From an uncultured Verrucomicrobiae bacterium (lineage in GTDB: Bacteria; Verrucomicrobiota; Verrucomicrobiia; Chthoniobacterales; UBA10450): DNA of 64,000 bases. The notes under the pieces are model-generated. The model made no database searches and was not told the origin of the DNA. It saw nothing but the letters and a program-made list of their open reading frames with translations. Where the stretch lies: NCBI GenBank assembly GCA_963815455.1, contig CAWFGO010000003.1:608001-672000 (forward strand), read 5' to 3'. A program made the position numbers and the translations under genes. Positions 22,470 through 31,037 of the stretch are shown here, piece after piece (position 1 is the stretch's first letter; the number at the start of each line of letters is the position of its first letter).

Positions 22470-24278
22470 CTACTTCGGGGCCGGCTCGTTGGACATCGGA
22501 GTCACCGGCGCCGGCTGCAATGGATTCCGTTTTGGTTTCCCAAGCGCATCGACATCGCTGCCCGTGTAGTATCTTCGTGAGTGGGTCGCGCGCGGCGCGG
22601 TTCCTTCGAACGATTCGGTGAAGCTGCTCTGAGCTCCGGTTACGCGATCAAATTCCGCCAGCGAAGAAAGCCATCCAAAGAGGGCTTGCAGCCGCGTCGA
22701 TTGCGCAGTGGTCAATTGCACCTGCGCATTCAGCACGTCCAATTGCGTACCCGCGCCGGCATCGAGCCGGGCTTTGGCCAGACGAACCGCTTCGTCCGCT
22801 TGCTCGACATTCTTCTCCGTAGCCTGAATCAGTTCGCGGTTCTGTAATAAGTTCGACGCAGCCTGCTGGATTTCGAGCTCGACCTGGCGAACGTCGTCAT
22901 CATAAGTGATCTTTGCCTGCGAAAGAAGAGCGCGCTGCTGCTTGACCAAACCGTAGGTTTCGCCGCTGTCCCAGATGTCCCAGTTACCCTGTGCGCCCGC
23001 GACCCAGCCCTTGGATGCGTTATGCAATGCGGTACTGAACGGCGAACTGAAAACCTCGTAGCCGCCGCTTCCTGTAAAATTTGGAAGAAAGTTACCGATC
23101 GCCACATGGACCTGCTCGAGCTGATTATAAACATTGGCCCGGGCCTGCTTCAGGAACGGGCGGTTTTGTTTGCCCTGCTCGATCGCAGAGAGGAGCTCGA
23201 TCGACCGTGGAATAAAAGTCAGCTCGCCCACGACGCGAAGCGGCGAAGCAATACCGCGGGCGGGGTTAAAATCGAGGCCTAACGTTTTCGCAAGCTGGAG
23301 AATTGAGATGCGATAATCGTTGCGGGCAGCGATCAATTGCGGAATCTGATTGGAAAGCTGGACTTGCGCCTGGAGAACATTGAACCGCGGCACTGTTCCG
23401 GCATCGAAACGATTCTGCTGGTCTTTCAACTGGCTTTCCAATAACCGGACCGATTCCTCCTGAACGCCAATCAGAGCGCGATTCAGAATTACCTGATAAA
23501 ATTGCGTTTTTACCGTCGCGATGACCTGATCGATCGTGCTTCGGAATCCGAAATAAGCGCTGTCGCGCTGGAAAAACGTTCCTCGAATCGACCGAAACGT
23601 TCCGTAGTTGAAAAGCAGCTGCGTGCCGAGGATGCGAATAGCGTAGGCATGATCCGTCTGCATGAGATCCTGAGGTTGAATGTCTGAAGGCGTGTTGGTG
23701 CCGGCCGAGGTACCGGTTCCAGAGTTCGTGCCCGAAAATCCGCCGGCGGAGCCGAGGCGAGGATCGGTCCATTGATACGCCACGTTGGGCATGACATGCG
23801 GCAACGCCTGCGCGCCGATCTGGAGAATGACGCCCCGGGTTCGTTCAATTTCCTCCTTGGCCCGCAAAATATCGGGATTCTGCTGGAGAGCGGCGAGGAT
23901 GGCCTTATCGAGATCGAACACGGGTGCGCCTTTTTCCGACCATTGGAAACTGCTCGATGTCACGACCGCGCTCGACTGCGTCGAGTTCGACATCGCGGCG
24001 CCATTTCCTGTCGGAACGGGACTCAGTCCCGGAATGATTGGAGTGGGCTCGGGCGCTACGGGAGTGGATTCCGGAACGACAGCCGGCGCCGGAGTAGTGG
24101 TGGCGGTCGAATCCGGTTCGGGGAAGACGGTTGCCGTTGGAGTGGCGGTGGGACTGGCTTCGACAAGAATTGCCGGGTCCGTGACGGCCGCGGGAACTGC
24201 CTCTTCCTGTCCCGCGACAGACGAGATGATAAAAGCGGCTCCTAACACGGTGCCGCATACAACAGAAATTTTTCGCAT
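22470..24278 (-). CDS. TolC-family outer membrane efflux protein
   Basis: Signal peptide; duplicated RFDAG/RLDAG..LDVL.AQ OEP repeats. Confidence 0.92.
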   Translation of the reverse strand: MRKISVVCGTVLGAAFIISSVAGQEEAVPAAVTDPAILVEASPTATPTATVFPEPDSTATTTPAPAVVPESTPVAPEPTPIIPGLSPVPTGNGAAMSNSTQSSAVVTSSSFQWSEKGAPVFDLDKAILAALQQNPDILRAKEEIERTRGVILQIGAQALPHVMPNVAYQWTDPRLGSAGGFSGTNSGTGTSAGTNTPSDIQPQDLMQTDHAYAIRILGTQLLFNYGTFRSIRGTFFQRDSAYFGFRSTIDQVIATVKTQFYQVILNRALIGVQEESVRLLESQLKDQQNRFDAGTVPRFNVLQAQVQLSNQIPQLIAARNDYRISILQLAKTLGLDFNPARGIASPLRVVGELTFIPRSIELLSAIEQGKQNRPFLKQARANVYNQLEQVHVAIGNFLPNFTGSGGYEVFSSPFSTALHNASKGWVAGAQGNWDIWDSGETYGLVKQQRALLSQAKITYDDDVRQVELEIQQAASNLLQNRELIQATEKNVEQADEAVRLAKARLDAGAGTQLDVLNAQVQLTTAQSTRLQALFGWLSSLAEFDRVTGAQSSFTESFEGTAPRATHSRRYYTGSDVDALGKPKRNPLQPAPVTPMSNEPAPK

Positions 24279-24383
24279 TACAAAGTGACTGAAATTTAGA
24301 CCCAGGAAGCCCTGCCTGTGGATTCAGACCGGCACATCGTCATCCTGAGGTCATAGCACAGACGACGATTTGCTGACAAGGGA

Positions 24384-24861
24384 TCATTTCGATTGGCAAT
24401 AGTTGTAAATTTTATTGTAGATATGCAGCCAGGCCTTTTGCTCAGCCGGTGAAAGGTGTTCGAGGATTTTCATGAGGTTTCCCACCATCTCTTCGCGGAT
24501 GCGCCGGACGAGAGCCGAGCCCTTCGGGGTAATGCAAACCATCACTTTGCGGCGATCCTCCCGCACACTCGAGCGCGCCACGTAATCGAGATTCTCCAGC
24601 CGCGCGACCAGTCCGCTCGCCGCCGCCGTGGTGTGTCCCATTTTCTGCGCGATAGCCGACATGGTGAGCGCCTCTTTCTGATCGAGATAAGTCAGCAGAA
24701 AAAATTGGGGGAAGGACACGTTGCCCGGCGCGAGTTCCTTGCACAGATGCAGCATGAAACAACGCTGCATTTCCAGCACGATATGGGAAAGACGTTCGGC
24801 GTCGGCACGGATTCGATCGGACGGATTTCGTCACAAACGCTGTGGCGGTCCCGGTATTCAA
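24384..24861 (-). CDS. MarR-family regulator (5' frameshift)
   Basis: MSAIAQKMGHTTAAASGLVARLE...EDRRKVMVCITPKG; start approximate. Confidence 0.88.
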
Positions 24862-25046
24862 CCCGCTAAAGCTAAGAGTCCACCGTGGACTGTCAAACGT
24901 CCGGACGACAAAGAAATCAGGCTCCGGACTAAAATCTCTCATGAAATAATTCGCTATTGCTTCGCTGCTCGCATTCCCCGCAGCATCGGTTTGAAAACGC
25001 TCTCGTGTCAGTGAGATGCGACACCGAGCTCGAATGGATTCAAGTT

Positions 25047-26252
25047 TCAATCGAAAAGCAGAGCCGTAACCATCGCGCCCCGCTCCATTTTTTCTCCCGG
25101 ACCGAGACGCACAAGCGAGTTCGACTGGCTCAGGCCGAAAAGCGCGTGCGATTCCTGCCGGCCAACGGGTGAAAATTCTCCATCTTGCAGCCTGCCGCGG
25201 ATGTAATGGGCCCGGTCGCCGTCATTATTAAGATCGACAGTTATCCGGGCCGGGACCATCAATGGATCGAGATTTGTCGCGCCCATCATTTTCAAAATCG
25301 CCGGGCGCACGAACACCAGAAAGGTCACAAAAGCGGAGACGGGATTTCCGGGCAAGCCGAACACCGCGCACTCGCCGATGCGACCGAATAGAAACGGTTT
25401 GCCCGGTTTGATGGCGACACGCCAGATGTCGATTCTGGCGCCGAGTGATTGCAACGCCGTTTTGACGAAATCATGTTGGCCGACGGAAACGCCGCCGGTG
25501 ATAATGAGCAGCGAACTCTTGCTGCCTTCCTTGATTGCAGCGGCCAGCGCGTCGCGGTCGTCACGACAATGCACGGATGAGCTTACACTCGTCCGGCAGC
25601 GTTCGAGTAATCCTTGCAGCAAGATCGAATTGCTCTCGTAAATTTGGCCTGGCTGAAGCGGCTCGCCCAATTTCGCCAGCTCGTCGCCGGTTGAAATAAT
25701 TGCAGCACTCGCTTCACCACCAACAACCACGTCGGCGATTCCCTGCGAAGCGAGCAAGGCAACGGTGGTTGCGCGAATCGGCTCGCCTTTGCTCAGAATT
25801 TTTTGGCCTTCGCTTAGATCACAGCCTCTTTTCCGAATGAACTCGCCAGGATCGACATCGGCATTCACGAGAATCTCATCGCCCTGACGATCGACATCCT
25901 CCTGCATGACCACCGCATCAGCGCCTTCGGGGATCAACGCACCGGTGAAAACTCGGATGGCCTGACCTTTCCGGAGACGCAGTTGTCGATCCAATCCGGC
26001 GGGCTGTTCCCCGACCACTCGCAACCGCGCGCCGGATCGGCCCGCCTTCGCTGCGCTACGGCGCGGCAGGCAATCGCTCGCGATCACCGCGTAACCGTCC
26101 ATGGCCGAGTTGTCGAAAACCGGGAGCGCCAACCGAGCGAGATAATCCTGGGCTGAAAAACAATCGAGCGCGTCCGCCAGCGGGACCTTGCGCGCCGGCA
26201 ATGGTCATAGCTTACTTAGAATGGTTTGTCGGGCTTCGTCCTCTGAAATCAT
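25047..26252 (-). CDS. moeA: Molybdopterin molybdotransferase; in-frame TGA at codon 16
   Basis: FDNSAMDGYA, TGDEL, GGVSVG, IKPGKP, LPGNPVS; MISEDEARQTIL start upstream of the TGA at 26205-26207. Confidence 0.92.
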
Positions 26253-26256
26253 TTGC

Positions 26257-26317
26257 TGTAGGGGACGCTGTTAGCGTCCCGGCTTTTTGGAAAGGGAAGC
26301 TAGCAGCTTCCCCTACA
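26257..26317. repeat. GTAG-type REP doublet
   Basis: tgtaggggacgctgttagcgtccc...gggaagctagcagcttcccctaca. Confidence 0.75.
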
Positions 26318-26443
26318 ACTTAATCAATTCGGAACCGGGATTTGGCAACTCCGATAGAATCGCGAGCACGCGACGGATGTCGGTGTCACCATTTCCAATT
26401 GGAAATCCGAAATCCTTCGCCATATTGTCGCCGACCGACCAGA

Positions 26444-26535
26444 GGTGAGGTGGCTGAGTGGTCGAAAGCAGCGCTTTGCTAAAGCGCCGTACCTGTCAAA
26501 GGGTACCGAGGGTTCGAATCCCTCCCTCACCGCCA
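26444..26535 (+). tRNA. tRNA-Ser(GCT)
   Basis: GGTGAGG/CCTCACC acceptor stem, GCGCT-TTGCTAA-AGCGC anticodon arm, long variable arm, GTTCGAATC, encoded CCA. Confidence 0.97.
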
Positions 26536-26762
26536 TTCCATTTTCGATTTTAGAATTTCGATTTTCGATTGCTTGCGTACTCCGCGTTTCGTCATTCGGC
26601 ATTCGTCATTCGTCATTCCGCCGCAGGCAGCAATCCCTCCCTCACCGAGTCCAAGGCCAAAAACGCTCGCCCCGTCGGACAGCCCCGAAAGCCTTCGGCG
26701 GTTGCGTTTTTGCCAGGTGCCGCTGGCAATTGTGCAGCAGGCTGGTGCACAATTGGTAGTCA

Positions 26763-27085
26763 TCAGCTTGGGACGAATGTCACCGTTCCCGCTTTGACCT
26801 GCGGCAGCAAAGCGATCAACGCCGCCATCAACGGGCGAGTGTCAGCCAATCGATTTGAGCGCGCTTGAAGCGCGACGACAGCAATGTTGTATTCCCCAAT
26901 GTTCTGCTGGTGCACCATGTTGCTGTCCATCGTCACCAGGACATCGAATCCAGCTTCGGCTGCCTTGGCGAGCAATTCGCCATTCTGAATTCCGGTCCAT
27001 CCTAACGAAGAGACGGAGTCCGTTTGATGTCCGGTCAAATCGCGACTCAACCGCAGTCGAGATTCTCATCCAAGAGCAGCCGCAT
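26763..27085 (-). CDS. DUF5615 PIN-like toxin (frameshift near 27052)
   Basis: MRLLLDENL...LGWTGIQNGELL..A...FDVLVTMD. Confidence 0.85.
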
Positions 27086-27292
27086 TCAGGAGGCAGCCAG
27101 CGCGTGCTCTCGCGCTTCTTCCAGCAACGCAATGACTTGGTCGCGCTTCACACTGGGAAAGCCTTCCAAGAACTCTTCGATCGAATCGCCAGCCTCCAAA
27201 TGATCGAAAAGACTTTTGACCGGTACGCGCGTTCCGACAAAGACCGGCTCGCCGCCCAGGACGTCCGGATTTTGCGATATGACCTTGCTCAT
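27086..27292 (-). CDS. DUF433 antitoxin
   Basis: PDVLGGEPVFVGTRVPV..L...LEAGDSIEEFLEGFPSV. Confidence 0.92.
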   Translation of the reverse strand: MSKVISQNPDVLGGEPVFVGTRVPVKSLFDHLEAGDSIEEFLEGFPSVKRDQVIALLEEAREHALAAS

Positions 27293-27610
27293 TGGGGTGA
27301 TTCTAACTCCAAACACCCAAATCTTCCAGCGTTAGAAGCTGCCCGGATTACGCTGTTTGCGTTACGCATGTTGCGTCATGCGACCCGGATCATTTCGGCA
27401 TTCGGTTTTTGCGGGAGCGTAAGCCGGCGACTTGTGTAGACTTTGCGGTTCAGCCCGAATCCGCGCGTTCGCCATCGGACAACCCCGAACTCCGAAAGTC
27501 TTCGCGAGCAGGTGCTTTCGGGATTCGCACGTCCATAGCGCCTTAATCGGAGCGTTGTGCGAGCGCTCACTATTTGTTGGCCAGATTCTTAACGATCCCA
27601 TTTCTCAAAT

Positions 27611-28051
27611 TTACTCTTCAAGTAGGAAAGCATCGCTCTTGCTCCACACATGTTCCTGGCCGCAGTAAGGACAGCGCACGGAATTGCCCTCCAGCGTAGA
27701 GCTTTCAAAGCTTTGCTCGGACATCGCAATCCCTGTAAAAATTGCTTTATTAGTGATCGGGCATTTGATCATCACGCGACTAGATTTTTGCGGATTGGGG
27801 GACTCGAGTTGCGCAAATATCCAATACGTACCTGTTGAATCGGAATTCAGTGAGGCCAGAATCCGTACCTCCTTAAGTGTTATTCTATGTAGATCTTGCT
27901 CAAGTCTCTCCGTCCGAATATTTGGGTGAGTTTGGATTTCACTTAGTTCGTGCCGTTCGATGTAACCGGCTATGACTTTGACGATGTTTTGAACTCGCTT
28001 GGACGAATTTTCGATCTGCCGAGCGAACTCCGGCGCAAAATATATTTTCAT
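27611..28051 (-). CDS. Hypothetical protein: RelE/ParE-like N-terminal domain plus C-terminal Zn-ribbon
   Basis: KIYFAPEFARQI...LHRITLKEVRILA pattern; CPIT...CPYCGQEHVW. Confidence 0.55.
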   Translation of the reverse strand: MKIYFAPEFARQIENSSKRVQNIVKVIAGYIERHELSEIQTHPNIRTERLEQDLHRITLKEVRILASLNSDSTGTYWIFAQLESPNPQKSSRVMIKCPITNKAIFTGIAMSEQSFESSTLEGNSVRCPYCGQEHVWSKSDAFLLEE

Positions 28052-28446
28052 TGGTCTCGTTGGAAAATTTGGCGCAGTTTTTGGTCTGCCTCTTGCAGCT
28101 CGTCGATTTGACCTTGATCGATCTTAGCAGCGTAGAATTGGGTGATGCTTCCGGCCAACTCCTGTTTCGACTCGTCGAGCACCGAGAGAGCTCGGTTGTC
28201 GTAATCATAAACTTTCTTTTGGTACAGTATGCCAGTTGCGAGCAGCACGACGGCAACCCAAACGGTCGGAATCTGCGGCAGCACGGACCATTGAATTTCG
28301 CCGCTCTTAAACACGCACGCAGCTATCAGATTTGTTAATAGGCCTAGCAACGCTCCGATTATCGCAGGTATTCCCGACCTCGGCAGCGGCTTCGTCAGCA
28401 GCCAAAGCTTTATCGTGTTCCAATTCATTTTTCCCCGACGCGGCAT
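28048..28446 (-). CDS. Hypothetical 2-TM protein translationally coupled to the downstream gene
   Basis: Two hydrophobic helices plus a helical tail; ATGA overlap at 28048-28051. Confidence 0.6.
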   Translation of the reverse strand: MPRRGKMNWNTIKLWLLTKPLPRSGIPAIIGALLGLLTNLIAACVFKSGEIQWSVLPQIPTVWVAVVLLATGILYQKKVYDYDNRALSVLDESKQELAGSITQFYAAKIDQGQIDELQEADQKLRQIFQRDQ

Positions 28447-28544
28447 AACGGTAAAGCGTCGGCGGCGGCTGTGACAAGAAGGGACATAAAGTAGGGGGTA
28501 GTAAATGGGGTTGCGTCTGCAGACCGTTTTTTTTGAAAACGCTG

Positions 28545-28596
28545 TTGACAGGCATTGTGAACAACGTTAACATGCCCTAGAAAGCATCGTTCACAA
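28545..28596 (+). promoter_or_regulatory. Sigma70 promoter with an overlapping inverted-repeat operator
   Basis: TTGACA (28545) - 17 nt - TAACAT (28568); TTGTGAAC (28555) and GTTCACAA (28589) flank the -10. Confidence 0.7.
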
Positions 28597-28613
28597 CTAC
28601 TGGGGGAATTATT

Positions 28614-31004
28614 ATGACAGAAACACTTATTGGCGTTTATGAAGTCGCGGAGCTGGCTAACGTCAGTCCGTCAGCGGTAGCGAACTGGCGAAAGCGTTTC
28701 AGTGATTTTCCCGCGCCGCTGGCCGAACTGAAATCGGGTCCGGTGTTCGCGGAGAACCAGATTAAGCTGTGGCTCGCTCGGCGCCAAGGCAGCGATTCCG
28801 TAGAGACGGAACTGTTTTACGATGAACTGGCGACGAAGCGTGGCGACCCGCCCGATCTGCGGGAGAAAGTTGAAGAAGTTGTCGATCAGCTCGAGAAGCA
28901 AGCGACATCGACGAAACGGCCCGGGATTTTGCTGGGGCGCGTGCAGAGTGGAAAGACGCGCGCATTCCTGGGAGTAATCGCGCGGGCTTTTGATAAGGGC
29001 TACGACGTGGCCATAATCCTGACGAAAGGGACCAAGTCGCTTGCTGAACAAACTCTCAGCCGCGTGAAAGAGGATTTCCGCGAGTTCATCGCGGCCGACC
29101 AGGTTGATGTGTTCGACATTTTGTCGGTACCCGACCTGACGCGTCATGAGCTGAGCCGAAAACTGATCTTCGTCGTGAAAAAAGAGGACGATAATCTGCG
29201 GCGATTGCTGAGCGTGTTTCGCGTGCAATATCCCGATCTGCGCAAGAAGTCGGTGCTTATTATTGACGACGAAGCCGACCTTGCATCGGTCAGTTTCCGC
29301 AAGACAGGCGGCGTGAGCTCGGCCGGGGTAATATCCCAACAAATTGATCAATTGCGCGAATCAGTCACAAATTCCGCATTCCTGCAGGTGACGGCCACTC
29401 CCTACGCGCTGTATCTGCAGCCCGACAATGAAATGGTCGTGAATGGCAGTTCGCTTTTTAAACCGAAGCGCCCCGCGTTTACGGTGATGTTGCCGACGCA
29501 CAGCAAATACGCCGGCGGTGACGAGTACTTCGAGAAAAGCAGCGAGCCGGATTCGGCGGCATTCTATTTCTATCAGGAGGTGGCCCTCGCCGAACGTGAT
29601 GCCCTAAAAAAGGAAGATCGTCGACGGCTACAGATCGAGAGAGTGCTAACGGAAAACAACGCGACAGTCCTGAGGACGGCCATTATCAATTTTCTGGTTG
29701 GCGGTGCAATTCGTCGGCTGCAACAGCGGGCGGTTGGTCAGCGGCCGCAAAAATATAGTTTCCTCTTTCATACGGAACAGTCCCGCAGCTCGCACGAGTG
29801 GCAGGAAAAGGTCGCCGGCGCCATTAAAGATGCGCTTGTCGACCAAGCGCGAGCTGACAGTCCGTTGTTCAATGAATTGATCCGCTCGGCGTATATGGAT
29901 CTTCGTCGATCGATCGAGCTGGAAGGTATGTCGCTGCCGAGCATCGAGGACGTGACCAAGGCCGTGGTTGAAGCACTGGAAACAGAACAGCTCATGATCA
30001 CGAAAGTGAATTCGGACACCGACGTTAAGAAGCTGTTGGCGGAGAATGGACAGCTCAAATTACGCACGCCTTTCAACATGTTCATCGGTGGTCAGATTCT
30101 CGATCGGGGTATTACGATCGCGAATTTGATCGGCTTTTACTACGGACGAAACCCGAACCGTTTTCAGCAGGACACCGTGCTGCAGCACTCGCGGATGTAC
30201 GGCGCTCGCCCGACCGCCGACCTGGCGGTGACAAGGTTCTATGCGCCGCAGCATGTTTATCAGATCATGAAAAGGATTCACGAATTCGACGGAGCATTGC
30301 GCGAGGCGTTCGAGTCCGGCGCTCACGATCAGGGCGTTTATTTCATCCGAAAGGATCCGTCTAACCGATTGGTCGCCTGCTCTCCAAACAAGTTGCTGTT
30401 TTCGGACGTTGTGAGCATCCGACCAGGGCGCCGGCTGGTGCTTTCCGGCTTCCAAACCGTGTATAAATCATATGGCGGGAAAAATCTGGAAGCGCTGGAT
30501 GGTGCGATCGCCAAAATCGTCGGAAAGAAAGAAGAGCCGGTTTTGATTGATGTGTCGAAAGCGATCGAACTGCTGAAATTGGCTTATGCCAATTTGGAAT
30601 TTGACGACGAGACTGACGATGATCGCGAAGCGCACATTGCAGCGTTGGAGCACCTGTCCCGCACATGTAGAAACGCGAAGTTCAAAGGTAAGGTGTGGCT
30701 GTTGGTCGCCCGCGACCGCGACGTTGCGCGCTATCGTGAGGAAGGCCGTTTCTCGAACGCTCCCGACACGAAACAACAGAAGGACTTGGCGCGCACCAAA
30801 GCGGATGACGTTCCGGTTTTAGAATTGCTGCGGCAGAATGGCACTAAAGCGAAAGGTTGGAACGATCTGCCTTTCTGGTGGCCGGTCATTGTGACGCCCA
30901 GATCGGCGGTAACGTCGATCTTTGCTACGGATGAGGCTGTTGCGCCGACGGCAGCAACCAGCACCGGTCCGACGCGCGCATTGGTAACTGAGCAGTTCGC
31001 ATAG
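28614..31004 (+). CDS. HTH - SF2 helicase-like - Z1 domain protein
   Basis: N-terminal HTH (EVAELANVSPSAVANWRKR..DFPAP); GRVQSGKT; IIDDEAD; Z1 motifs GGQILDRGITI, DTVLQHSRMYGAR. Confidence 0.85.
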   Translation: MTETLIGVYEVAELANVSPSAVANWRKRFSDFPAPLAELKSGPVFAENQIKLWLARRQGSDSVETELFYDELATKRGDPPDLREKVEEVVDQLEKQATSTKRPGILLGRVQSGKTRAFLGVIARAFDKGYDVAIILTKGTKSLAEQTLSRVKEDFREFIAADQVDVFDILSVPDLTRHELSRKLIFVVKKEDDNLRRLLSVFRVQYPDLRKKSVLIIDDEADLASVSFRKTGGVSSAGVISQQIDQLRESVTNSAFLQVTATPYALYLQPDNEMVVNGSSLFKPKRPAFTVMLPTHSKYAGGDEYFEKSSEPDSAAFYFYQEVALAERDALKKEDRRRLQIERVLTENNATVLRTAIINFLVGGAIRRLQQRAVGQRPQKYSFLFHTEQSRSSHEWQEKVAGAIKDALVDQARADSPLFNELIRSAYMDLRRSIELEGMSLPSIEDVTKAVVEALETEQLMITKVNSDTDVKKLLAENGQLKLRTPFNMFIGGQILDRGITIANLIGFYYGRNPNRFQQDTVLQHSRMYGARPTADLAVTRFYAPQHVYQIMKRIHEFDGALREAFESGAHDQGVYFIRKDPSNRLVACSPNKLLFSDVVSIRPGRRLVLSGFQTVYKSYGGKNLEALDGAIAKIVGKKEEPVLIDVSKAIELLKLAYANLEFDDETDDDREAHIAALEHLSRTCRNAKFKGKVWLLVARDRDVARYREEGRFSNAPDTKQQKDLARTKADDVPVLELLRQNGTKAKGWNDLPFWWPVIVTPRSAVTSIFATDEAVAPTAATSTGPTRALVTEQFA

Positions 31005-31037
31005 TTGGCGTCGCGACTGAGAAGTGGCGATCAGGTC

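Noticed and set aside
26205..26207. In-frame TGA in moeA as selenocysteine or readthrough
   Set aside because: Non-catalytic N-terminal position where CGA (Arg) fits; no SECIS recognised and TGA is used as a stop elsewhere; likely a miscall or point mutation
27330..27610. Short ORFs between DUF433 and the RelE-like gene
   Set aside because: Overlapping 64-79 aa ORFs with no motif I can recognise; possibly a gene remnant, but unsupported
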